Assembly: GCF_009914755.1 (NCBI RefSeq)
Contig: NC_060928.1
DNA length: 64,000 bases
Reading direction: 5' to 3' (one strand)
Source of the DNA: the human T2T-CHM13v2.0 reference genome, Homo sapiens
Positions 11,185 through 23,327 of the stretch are shown here, in pieces. Position 1 is the stretch's first letter. Every line of letters begins with the position of its first letter. The position numbers and the translations under genes are program-made. The notes under the pieces were generated by a model, which was given only the letters and a program-made list of their open reading frames with translations, did not search any database and was not told where the DNA came from.

Positions 11185-12394
11185 AGATAACTAAATTATG
11201 CCACAGCATATTAACAAAGTAACAATAAAGACAATTACGTAAGGACTGAATTAGGAAGCCATTTGTCACTGACTGCAATAAATTAAACTGTAACATTTAA
11301 TTTCCCAGCATGTTCATTGATTAAGCTTCTAATACTAGTGCTGGAAGTAGTCTGTATTTAGAAATGTCTAATTTCTCAATATGTACTTAATATAAATGTA
11401 TAAAAATATGAAGATTTTCAAACATTTACTCCCATTTTCAATGGCCAAAAACTGTGAACTAACTTGAGAAATAATGACAAGAAAATATAAGTATAAAGCA
11501 AATAAATCAATGTGAAGAGGAAATGCTAAGAACTGTTTCCATAGCAGCATATTCTCCATAGCAGTATTAAGGGAAAATACTGGAGTAGAATACAATATAA
11601 AAAAAATCTATTAAGATAGCCCATGCCCTAGATTCTTAAAAAAAGGGTTAGTCCTCTACTGGCTTTGACAAATTTGTTAAATGGATAAATTACCAAACTG
11701 AAGCATAACTTGAAAGACAAGAAAACTATTTCTTGAAAATACATAAGCTAATTTAAACTAGCCTGAAGATTGTTTTCCAATGTATTTTTCTGTAAATAAA
11801 TTAATATTGCTTCAGTGTAAGATTTTCTTCGTACATTATACAGGAAGTTAAAGAGGAGCAATAAATACCCTGTCAGAAATTTTTAAATAATTGCTATCTA
11901 GTAAATAAAATTGCATTACAAATTTTTAAAAAACCAATTGGCCCTCTCATACCCAAGGTAGGAATAAGGCTTTATATCTCATGCACTGGTGAAATTAAAT
12001 ACAAAACATTTAGAAGCATCATCAACAAAGATATACTGCTAAATTACCTGAATATATTTTTAATATGCAAAATAAATTTTTGAGTTGAATAATTAACAAA
12101 CTTATAGTAGTAAAGATAAATGTTTTCAAAGCAATGCTTTAAGAAAAGCAAGGGAATAAATTAGAATATATCCAAAATTACATGTTTAGTGTGGGTAAAT
12201 TTAAAATATTGTCTCATTTTCACATATAAACAATTAATACTCATTAATGTAAACAACACAAAATGGCAATACAAATAATCTCAAATTGTAGCATAAAATA
12301 CTTCAAATATTGTAAAACTAATTGCTAACTTAAAACAAAAACATATGCCAATGATCAATAAAGACAAATTTTAATATTTACCCTTCATACTTAA

Positions 12395-12749
12395 AAAAAT
12401 TATTTCTATAGGTTATAGGGGAACAGGCAGTGTTTGTTTACACGAATAAGTTCTTTAGTGGTGATTTGTGAGATTCTGGTGCACCCATCACCTAGCAGGA
12501 TTCACTGCATCCAATTTGTATTATTTTATCCCTCACCCCCTTCATACTCTTTCCCTCTGAGTCTCCAGAGTCCATTGTGTTATTCTTATTGTCCTCATAG
12601 CTTAGCTCCCACTTATGAGTGAGAACATATGATGTTTGGTTTTCCATTCCTGAGTCACTTCACTTAGAATAATAGTCTCCAATCTCATCCAGGTTGCTGC
12701 AAATGCCATTAATTCATTCCTTTTTATGACTGAGTAGTATTCCATTGTG

Positions 12750-12807
<58 letters not shown>

Positions 12808-13800
12808 CAAAAAATGCATGTGCAAGTGTATAACTTCTTTTCCTCTGGGTAGATAGGCATTAGCAGTAGTGGGATTGTTAGATCAAATAGTAGTTCTACT
12901 TTCAGTTCTTTAAGGAATCTCCACACTGCTTTCCATAGTGGTTGTACTAGTTTACATTCCCACCAGCATTGTAGAAGTGTTCCTTGTTCACCACATCCAT
13001 ACCAACGTCTATTATTTTATCATTTTTTGATTATGGCCATTCTTGCAGGAGTAAGGTGATATCACACTGTGGTTTTCATTTGCATTTCCCTGATCATTAG
13101 CGATGTTGAGCATATTTTCCTGTGTTTGGTGGGCATTTGTATATCTTCTTTTGAGAATTGTCTATTCATGTCTTTAGTCCACTTTTTTATAGGATTGTTT
13201 GTTTTTTTTCTTGCTAATTTGTTTGAGTTTATTGTAGATTCTGGATATTAGTCCTTTGTCAGATATATAGATTGTGGAGATTTTCTCCCACTCTCTGGGT
13301 TGTCTGTTTACTCAGCTGACTGTTCCTTTTGCCATGCAAAACCTCTTTAGTTTAATTAAGTCCCATTGTATTTATTTTTGTTTTTATTGCATTTGTTTTT
13401 GGGTTCTTGGTCATGCATTCCTTGTCTAAACCAATGTATAGAAGGATTTTTCCAATGTTATCTTTTAGAATTTTTATAGGGTGAGGCCTTAGATTTAAGT
13501 CCTTGATCCATCTTGAGTTGATTTTTGTATAAAGTGAGAGATGAGGATCCAGTTTCATTTTCTAACGTATGAATTGCCAATTATCTCAGCACCATTTGTT
13601 TAATAAGGTGTCCTTTCCCCACTTTATCTTTTTGTTTGCTTTGTTAAAGATAGTTGGCTGTTAAGTATTTGGGTTTGTTTCTGGGTTTTGTACTCTGTTC
13701 CATTGGTCTATGTGCCTATTTTTATACCAGTACCATGCTGTTTTGGTGACTATGGCCTTATGATATAGTTGGAAATCAGGTAATGTGATGCCTACAGATT
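12395..13800 (-). mobile_element. L1PB 3' fragment (ORF2 C-terminus and 3' UTR)
   Basis: Minus-strand ORFs [22 protein letters not shown] and [15 protein letters not shown]; L1PB-type 3' UTR. Confidence 0.9.
12752..12808. repeat. (TG)n(TA)n compound microsatellite
   Basis: Direct reading. Confidence 0.95.
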
Positions 13801-14119
13801 AAAAATCTCATTCTTCCCACTAAAACAAATAAACAAATAAAACAGAAAAAAACACTTGCATTGTTGTCAATTTAAGGGACATCCTCCTACTATTTTTGTA
13901 AAATACACAAATTATGTAGTTATTGTTGGGGTTTGTATTATATTCTCAAACCTGTAATTTTAATATGTACATTATTTTGATTTTGATTTTTCTCATATTA
14001 TAAGTTGTTTCATCCTTGTCATGTCATCATTTCTTAATGTAGTTTTCCTTTACACAATGTTTTTATGTTTCAGACACTTTCTTAAATGCTTGATAAATAT
14101 TAAGTCATTTAGTCCTTGA

Positions 14120-14265
14120 AGCGTCCCAACAAAAGTTAGGCATTACTATTTATAGATGATAAAACTGGGGCACAAATAGATAAAATAATTTCTTCCAGTT
14201 TGCATAACAAGTATATGGGAGAGCTGTGATTTGAATTTAGAAGTTCTGGCTCTAGATTCCAACTT
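14120..14265 (-). mobile_element. MIR
   Basis: tttatagatgataaaactggggcacaaa core. Confidence 0.65.
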
Positions 14266-16311
14266 CTTCAAAGAAAGCACTTTTGGTAGAAACATAAGTG
14301 CTACAAAATTCTTCAAGGTGTGTGTTCTGGAAATATTTATAGCCATGAAAATACACACCCATAGTGTGGCATTTTATGATGTAATTATAAAGTGGTCTGT
14401 AGATACAAACCTGAAGTAAATCCCATGATGTAATGTTAATGGAAAAACTTGCGATTTAGAGTAATCTACTGTAGTATTTATTTCTGGATTCTTAACTTTG
14501 TTGTATCTGTTGAATTAATGTTTTCACATCAAAATGATGTTAAATTGATATCCATGACTTGTATGTTCTGAGCAAATTTTCCTTTTCTGTGATACATTTT
14601 TATGTTTATTTTTAGCTAATTTAGCTGAAAACATTTTAAAAGTATTATGTTGAAATAAAAGTATTTGTAGAGATAATTTTTGAATAATTTTTATTCTGAT
14701 GATACTAAATTTTCCACTTAATAGCATGGCATACTTTCTACATTTTCATAAAATATTTTATAAATTTTATGTCATTTTGTGTTTTTCTTATATATCTCAT
14801 TCCATTCTTATCAAATACCTTTATGTCCTTATTATACACTTTTACACTATTTTAAATGCATTATTCCCCCATTCCTATTGCTAACTATTTATTGCTTAGG
14901 TATAAGTAAGCAATTCATTTTGAGATATTTATCTATGTATCTATCTAATGTTTTAGGTCACCTTCCAAAAATTTATTTATGTATTCATTCATTAATTCAT
15001 TAATTTATTCATTTATTTTAAAATTATATATAGAGTTTCTTATTTTTTCAAAGAAGGGAGAAAAGAGAAGAAAAACTTAAGGAGATTTCATGGTGTCTGT
15101 TTGTGCCACTGCTGTCACTTCTAAATTTCTGACTGCATTAAATTGAGGCTGAGGGATACAGAGAGGAAAATAATGGTAAATCACTACACGTTCAATGGTG
15201 CTTTAAGTCACGGTGTTCTTTAGTGATTTACTACCTGCTATCTACTTTCAAAGTTCTCAAATAGCTGCTATATTTCTTTTGAATAATTTTGTATGGTTTT
15301 ATTCATTGAATGGGACAGCTAAAGTATATTTATATCAATTTTTGCCCAGAACTGAAAACCCTGTTATTCACTTTTAAGTTCTTAACATATGATTTAATAA
15401 AAGGGATGTGATTTCTTATCATCACTGGCTTTATTCCAATAGATTGCAGGCTTATGGTTGTATAATTAACTCCAAACTCATAAAGTTATACTTATTAAGT
15501 ATGCACAGTATTTTGTATGCCAATCATACCTCAAGAAAGTGGTTTTGAAAACACTATTAAATATTTATCCTTATTTTTTTGTCTGATAATAATATAGCCA
15601 ATTCCATTTTCTTCTGTTTTGAAACTCTTCTAAATTTGTTTCATTTAAAAATGTAGTTCAGAGTATAGTTCTTCAGAAATCAGAAAGAAAATGCTTCATA
15701 GAACATAAAACATTTTGATAAAACATGTATAAATATACAGACCTTCAACTAGATAATTAACCACTGCTTCTCACAGACATACCCATTAAATGTATGCCCC
15801 CTCAACATCTATATCTATTAATATAAAATATTAAGTTCAAGCACAGCAATAAATAGCCAATAAAATCTTTAAGAGAAAAATAAAGGTATACATTTTGATC
15901 CACAAGTAGAACTTTTTTCCTTAAAATTGCACTCAAATTACATCCTGTCTTTTGTTTTGTCTCTAATAAAGTGTAAGTCATTTCTACACTGCTCAGAAGA
16001 AGAATGATTGGATTCAGAGAGGGTTAGCTTAATGTAATCCATCAAATATTTAATATTAATAGTAGCTGCAAGCAATACATCAACCTTATTTATAATAAAT
16101 ACAAATAGAAGAAAAACAAATGGATAAGACATTGAAATTCTCTTTCCATGCTTATAATGAATTAGTTTCCATGCCCTCAAAGCATATATTGAATACGGTA
16201 GGTGGATGTCATTGTAGGGTTATTTTTAATATGCTAATATTTTACTATTGGAGAAATAATATTTTATAATGGTTACTACAAAGTTTTAATTAACATATAA
16301 TTTATTAAGTA

Positions 16312-16652
16312 CAGTAATCCCTTGGTATCCACGGGGGATTGATTGGTTCAAGGATTTTCTGTGGATACCAAAATCCACAGATGTTCAAGTCCCTTTATAT
16401 AAATTGTGTAATATTTGCATATAACTTGTGCACATCCTCTCATATACTTAAATCATCTCTGGATTACATATAATACCTAACACAATGTAAATGCAATATA
16501 AATTGTTGTTACGTTATACTGTTTAGGGAATAAAGACCAAAAAAAAAAAAGCCTGTACATGTTTAGTACAGATTCACTTTTTCTTTGAATACTTTCTATT
16601 CATGGTTAATTGAATCTATGGATGTGGAATCCATGGATAATGAGAAACAATT
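16312..16652 (+). mobile_element. MER2-family (Tigger-type) DNA transposon
   Basis: TA|CAGTAATCCCTTGGTATCC start, caagtccctttatataaa core, degenerate inverted end. Confidence 0.85.
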
Positions 16653-16929
16653 ATATCAATAATTCCTTAAAATTACTAAATTAGAACAATTATATTTTAG
16701 AAATATAGAAAGGCAAAATGTTTGCTGTTTTAAATATCACAAGTAATTATGAGAGCTAGGCATGACCCTCATGTTTTTAAATCCTTCTTATCATTTTGAT
16801 TCATGATATGTTTTTCAAATAAAAATGCTGTTTTGTCACAGTTTTTTAAATTGTAAATGTATATTTATGAAACATACATTAGGCCTCTTTCTGAATCCAT
16901 CTGAATTATAAATGATAAAATTCACTGAC

Positions 16930-17229
16930 TTTTTTTTTTTTTTGGGACAGAATCTGTCACCCAGGCTGGAGTGCAGTGATGTGATCTCAATCTTGGCTCA
17001 CTGCAACCTCCCCCTCCCGGGTTCAGGCAACTCTCATGTGTGCCTCAGCCTCCTAAGTAGCTGAAATTATAGGTGTGCACCACAACGCCCACTAATTTTT
17101 TTTATTTTTAGTAGAGACAGGGTTTTGCTATGTTGGCCAGGCTGGTCTTGAACTCCTGGCCTCAAGTGATTCCCCTGCCTTGGCCTTTCTAAATGCTGGG
17201 ATTACAGGTGTGAGCCACTGTGCCAGGCC
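16930..17229 (-). mobile_element. Alu (Jb/Sz-like)
   Basis: Full dimer; TSD ending CACTGACTT on both sides. Confidence 0.92.
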
Positions 17230-17253
17230 AAAACCCACTGACTTCTAATTGTA

Positions 17254-17592
17254 TAGCTGGTCTCCAATGTACTATTGTTCCCCTTGCCTTTTTTGAGTTT
17301 ACAAGGGTGCCGAAGTGGTGCATATTCAGTTGAAACCACTCTTTGAGTACCAATGCAATAATTCTGTTTTTCATTTTCAGTACAGTAATCAATAAATTAC
17401 AAGAGGTATTCAACTTTATAATAAAATGGCTTGGTGTTAGATTACTTTGCTCAAATGTGAGCTAATGTAAATGTTCTGAGCACTATTAAGGTAGGCTAAG
17501 CTAAGCTATGATGTTCTGTAGCTCAGGAATATTACATGTATTTCCTATTCAAAACATCTTCAACTTATGAGGAGCTTGCCAGGAGGCATAAC

Positions 17593-17597
<5 letters not shown>
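17254..17597 (-). mobile_element. MER47-like (Tigger-family) element
   Basis: aaggtaggctaagctaagctatgatgttc and ttcattttcagtacagta match the remembered MER47A antisense sequence. Confidence 0.75.
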
Positions 17598-17631
<34 letters not shown>

Positions 17632-17644
17632 TTTCTCTCATTCT

Positions 17645-18699
17645 TTTTGCACTGTGGAGACTCAGTGAAAAGACAGCTGTGTGTGAACGAGGAAGTGGGC
17701 CTTCACCAGTCACCAAATCTGCCAGTGCTTTCATTTTGGACTTCTCATACTCTAGAAAGGTGAGAAATGCATTTCTATTGTTTATAAGTCGCCCAGTTTA
17801 TGGTATTCTGTTATAACAGCCTAAACAGAGTAAGACATAAATTGATACTAAGAGGTGAGGGTGTTGACGTTAAAAAGAATACCTAAAAATGTGGAAATGC
17901 CTTGGAACTGGGTGATGAGCAGAGGATGGAAGAGGTTTAAAATGCTTGCTACAAAAGGCCTGCATTGCTATGAGCAAACATTTAAAGGTGATTCTGGTGA
18001 GGGCTCAGAGAGAAAAGAAGAATACTGTAGAGAAAGTGTCAGCCTTCTTAAAGAATACTTAAGTAATTCTGAACAAATTGTTGATAAAAATATGGATGGC
18101 AAAGGTCACCTGAAGAGGTCCCAAACATAAATGAGGAACATGTTATTGAAAACTGGATGAAAGGGTATCCCTGTTATAAAGTGTCAAAGAACTTGGCATA
18201 AAGTAAATGGTGTGAGCTATGAAATTGGATATTCAGCTGAAGCAAACTCTAAGCAGAGAATTGTAGGAGTGGCCTGGCTTCTCCTGACTTACATAGAGTA
18301 AAATGGGAGAAGAGAGAAATGACATGAAGATGAAATTGTTAATCAAATAGGAATTCGAACTTAAAGATTTGAAAAGTTCTCAGCTTATCTATCTTGTTAA
18401 AAAAAAATGTGAAAGCAAGGTTTGAAGAGACCACTAAGGGTATGGCCAAATCACCAAATAAAGAGAATAGTCAGCTATCTCAACCAGAAGCCTGGAGCTA
18501 CTGTTCAATACAGTGGAAGAGTGGAAAGGAAGGGCTGACAGCCTGTGAACCAGGAAGTGAGCCCTCACCAGATGCTGAATCTGTCAATACATTGATCATG
18601 AACTTTCTTGTCTCCAGAACTGTGAGAAATAAATTTCTGATATTTATAAGCTACTTAATTTATGATATTTTGTTATAGCAGCTTGAACAGACTAAACCA
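17645..18699 (+). mobile_element. MaLR (MLT1A-type): partial LTR, internal region, partial LTR
   Basis: Two MLT1 3' halves ending ...taagaca (~17837) and ...taaacca (~18699) around MaLR-internal sequence (cctaaaaatgtggaa...ggaactggg). Confidence 0.8.
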
Positions 18700-18894
18700 A
18701 TAGACATTCTGCTCTCATTCCTGATTTTAAATAGTACAATTCTTATATTTTACCATAATGTGTGATATTCATTATGGCTTTTTAATGATTATTTTATCAG
18801 ATTGAGTTTTAAAATTTTAATCCGAATAGATTTTGAATCATGTTGCATTCATTCTGCATCTATTGAGATAATCATATTTTTGTAGTGCTAGATA

Positions 18895-19120
18895 ATTTAG
18901 GAGACTTTATATTTAGAACAGTTTCAGTTTTATAACAAAATTGAACAGAAATACGAGAGTTCCCATATTTTTACTATTCTCACACATGTGCAGCCTCCCA
19001 CACTATGAGCATTCCCCACTAGAGTGTTACATTTATTATAACTGATGAACCTACATTGGCATGTCTCAACACCATTCAAAGTTCATAGCTTACACTAGAG
19101 TTCTGCCTTAGTATTATACA
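18895..19120 (-). mobile_element. L1MC-type 3' end fragment
   Basis: aaaattgaacagaaatacgagagttcccata...actgatgaacctacattg. Confidence 0.7.
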
Positions 19121-19789
19121 AGACAATAATATGTTTTTAACTTGATATTTCAGTACACTGGGTTATATTAATATATGTCTAAATTTATAAAGAGAAAACT
19201 GAAAAAAAGTTAAGTTATACAAGGCAGGGAAGTTAGAATTCAAATCCTGTCATTCTAGTTTTAAAGTCTATATATACCTTTATCCATTATAATACAGTGT
19301 CTATAAGCTTATGCTGTTTACAAGGAAAGCACACAAAGTAGAAAGTCAAAAAATGGAAAACAAGATATATGAATTATTATGAGATTTTCCTACTATATGT
19401 CTAGGTATGGATTTTTTTTTACTCTGTCCATTCAGGGTTTTGTTTCTTTTATTTCCCTGCATCCCCACATGAAATATATATTCCAAGCGATTACTAATGT
19501 ATTTTTCATAGACTCTAGATTGTTTCAATGAATTTTTTATGTCAAAATGTACTTGCAGAATATTTAGCATATTGTAAATGACTGATAATTGTAGTACATG
19601 AATAAACATCTTTAAGCTATGCACTTCAAATAATCTAATTTCAGACATATGGGGTGTGAATGATTGTCCTCTGTCCACTTCATCACATATGCCTTTGTAG
19701 CATTTCTTGAGCATTTGTGCATATCATATCCTAATATAATAAGACATGTAATTTCTTTTCAGAGTGGAGGTGGCTGTGAAAATAATAAC

Positions 19790-19950
19790 AACATATAATT
19801 CCAAGAAACTTCATCACTTAAGTATTTTTTACTCATTTTGTTTGTGAGAAAGCTGAGGCTTAGTGAAATTAAGTTTCCCATGGTAACACAATGTTGGAAC
19901 AAAATTGGAAATGAACTCTGTCCTATCTGAGGCAGTCTGAGTTTTTCTAA
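19790..19950 (-). mobile_element. MIR
   Basis: gagaaagctgaggcttagtgaaattaagt core. Confidence 0.65.
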
Positions 19951-21562
19951 CATTACTGTGTCATGTGTAGAAGACTCGAAAGCTCCCCATCTGTTTCATC
20001 TTCCTACTAGGTGTCTCTGCACTAGTCATGTCTTCATAATATTGCTAACCAAGTTTAATTAAAACACGCTTTTATTAAAAAACAAAATAAAACCTTTACA
20101 TCTAGTATTTTTTTAGTATTTCTATAATCTGATCATGTTCTAACTATCCAAAATTAGTTTCTATTAGTTTTATCTGAACTTCTTTTTTTGCTCTTTCTTG
20201 ACTTCTTATCTCTATATCTGCTCTGTAAGATTCTTTTGTTTCATGTTTGTTAACACTCCATGGACCTATCTTATTTTTCTGTAAAATAATTGAAATATTT
20301 TCCAAGGTTCAAAAGATAGATAAAATCCTACAACCTCTACAAAGCTTTTTATGAGTATTATTTTTCTGAATCTTCATTGGCCTTTAAATAGAGTACACAT
20401 TTCCCCTGGATATTTTTTCAATAATACTTTAAAATTAGCATAAGCATTTTTATATTGCTTGATTAATACCTACATTTTAAAAACCATGCCACATCACTAA
20501 AGACCACCACACTAATGAAATATTTTTTAATGTTACACATAGCATTATTTCAATTATTGATGTGACATATAATTATTAACAACACCATTAAAACATGACA
20601 TCACTAAATAGAAATGAAGACTAGTGTAATGGAAAGAAAATTTGCTATGGTCTTAAACAGGCTTGAATTCACACCTGATTTGATCATTTATAAGATATGT
20701 GATATGGGGTGATTATTAAGGTTATCTGAGATCTTTTTTCTTTTGAAAAATAATTTTGATAAACTTATCTTCTCTGCATAATTCATAAACTTGATTTAAG
20801 TCTTTTCATATGTTACGGAATTCCATTTAGACTAATGTACCTAGAACAGATTTCTTCTCCAACTGTTCTCCATTCTCTCACTCTACTTTTCCACACAAAA
20901 TTATCACTCCCAGAAAGTGAAACATTTCTTTATTTTGTCTTTTATACTAACCTCTATGACCACATCGATCTTGACTGTTTTAATCACTGTTATAACACAG
21001 AAGCAGGAAAAGTTCTCCAAATCTAGTAATACATTAACATGTAATTAAAATATATTAATTTTAATTAAAAATGTGTTAATATTTAATATAAACATTAAAT
21101 ATGAATATACATGTTTTTCATAATATACACAAAATTGTGAGTCAGAAGATAGGAGGTTAGCTTCAAGTCACTAACTTAATGGGTGGCTGCAGAAGTAATA
21201 AGCCCTCTTTATCTGAGAAATCAGGGACTTGAAACAAATGTGTCACTGTACAATTTCATTTGGAATTATATAATCTTATTTTAAAAACCCTTAATTTTGT
21301 GTCAAATTTTTAAGACATTAGTTGGCTTTATATCAAAAGACAAACACAGTTAATGATGTCTTCAAAGTACTAATTATATGTTTGCCTCAATTTTACATTA
21401 CTCAATGATTTGTTGGTAAGTCAAACTATTTCTTAATTATCAAATAGCCCAAAGATTTTTAAAGGTAAGTAACATAGAGATACTTCATTGAGAAATGGTA
21501 TAAAAATGTATAACTAGATATTGCAGATTGGGATGGAAAATGGTTTTATTAAATTATAGAAA

Positions 21563-22152
21563 ACTTCTGGTTCCATCCCTTTTCCAGTTCTGACCTTGCT
21601 AGAGCTGATGAGGCCACATGAAACTGTTCACCCACCATGGGCTGAGTGTGCATGTGCAGGGAGTGGGACCCTGTGGCTTCCCCTGTGCCTCCATGACACC
21701 AAGGTTCCTATCTCCCTGTGGAGTTCAACCTCCACTTCGTGGTTTGTGTGATACTCAAAGTGGAGTGAGTGGCCAATACCTTGCCCCTGATCAAGGAACC
21801 TAAAGGGCTGATTGAGGGATATGAGAATGATGCAGTTTCTGAGGAAGGTGAACCATGTGCTTCTGGAGGTGGATGTATTGGAGGTTGCCCTGCAATGCCC
21901 AGAGTCCGGACATCTGTACCCCATCAGCTGGTGGGATCCCCAACATGCTGCTGAATGATGAGGAAACAGGGTTGATCGCATCAGGCGCCAGTTTTTTTTT
22001 TTTTTTTTTGACCTTGTGAATCTTCGTTGATGAACACTCTGTCTACTAATTCTGCCATGGATATCCCCAACCCTTGACCCAATGACACACCAAACAAACA
22101 GCATTCTTTACCTCTACAGTATATCTTTTTTTCTCATTAAAATTTCAAAACC
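21563..22152 (+). pseudogene. TRMT112: TRMT112 processed pseudogene (5' UTR, disrupted CDS from ATG 21618 to ~21975, 3' UTR)
   Basis: Across frameshifts reads MKLFTHH.LS.HVQGVGPCGFP...PVEFN.HFV...KVE...FLRKVNHVLLEVDVLE.ALQCPESGHLYPIS.GIPNMLLNDEET; no introns; 3' UTR tatccccaacccttgacccaatgacac; ATTAAA at 22136. Confidence 0.93.
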
Positions 22153-22172
22153 ATTGAACTATCTTTCTAGAA

Positions 22173-22200
22173 ATATCTATCTATCATCTATCTATCTATC

Positions 22201-22245
<45 letters not shown>

Positions 22246-22252
22246 CCTATCT
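22173..22252. repeat. (TCTA)n compound tetranucleotide STR
   Basis: TCTA units interrupted by TCA and CCTA. Confidence 0.95.
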
Positions 22253-22275
22253 TTCTATATAGATATATAGAAAAA

Positions 22276-22357
22276 GAGATGAGGGACATATTTTAGAAAT
22301 GGAAATAGGAGATGAGGGACATACTTTAGAAATAAAAATAGTTTAGAATGAAAATAG
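22276..22357. repeat. 33-bp tandem duplication plus a partial third copy
   Basis: GAGATGAGGGACATA(T/C)TTTAGAAAT..AAATAG at 22276 and 22309. Confidence 0.9.
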
Positions 22358-22778
22358 TTAAGTAGACTGTTAAATTATTATTGAAATAGAAAGCATAGCG
22401 ATAAAATTTAACTGAATGGAGTTCACTATCATTTGCCCTAAGGTAATGTTTTCATTTCAAGGTATATATTACATAATTGACATTAAAATGACAAAATGGA
22501 TATTGTTCCAGTTGAGCAGATAAATTGGGAAGATAAGAATTGTTATACATTAAAAGTTAAATTGCTTTTAAAAATTTATTTCATCTCTGTATCATTTCAA
22601 TCTACTCTCTCTAAACTCACTATATTCTTTAACATGTGTTTCTGTAACATTAATTTCTAATAGATAGGACCCAGTACAATCACACTTTCTTTACACCTCT
22701 TGTATGATCAGTTTTCAAGGTAGCATCTTTTAAAATATCTGCGTCCATGATTTATTATTAAATGTAGGCATTCTTATT

Positions 22779-23327
22779 TGTGATGGTTAATTTGAGTGTC
22801 AACCTGATTAGATTGAAGAATGCAAAATATTGTTCCTGGGTGTGCCTGTGAGGGTACTGCCAAAGGAGATTAACGTTTGAGTCAGTGGACTGGGAGGGAC
22901 AGATCCACCATTAGTCTGGGTGGGCACCATCTAATCAGCTGCCCCTGCAGCTAGAATAAAGCAGGCAGAAGAAAGTGGAATGAACCGACTTGCTGTGTCT
23001 TCTGGCCTTCATCTTTCTCCCGTGTTGGATGCTTCATGCCCTCGAACATCAGACTCCAGGTTCTTCAGCTTTTGTGAATTTATACCAGTGGTTTCCCAGG
23101 GGTTCTCAGGCCTTCAGCCACAGACTGAAGGCTGCACTGTCGGCTTCCCTACTTCTGAGGTTTTGGGACTCTGACTGATACGCCATTGGCTTCCTTGCTC
23201 CTTAACTTGCAGATGGCCTATCATGGGACATTACCTTGTGATTGTGTGAGTCAATTCTCCTTAATAAACTTCCTCTCATATATGCATATATTCTATTAGT
23301 TCTTTCCCTCTTGAGAATCCTAATACA
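22779..23327 (+). mobile_element. MLT2A solo LTR (ERV-L)
   Basis: TGTGATGGTTAAT...TAATACA; TSD TTATT on both sides. Confidence 0.92.

Noticed and set aside
21992-22009. T run as the poly(A) tail of a minus-strand retrocopy (ORF 21628-22104)
   Set aside because: It lies within the plus-strand TRMT112 3' UTR, whose similarity continues past it; the minus ORF is the antisense shadow
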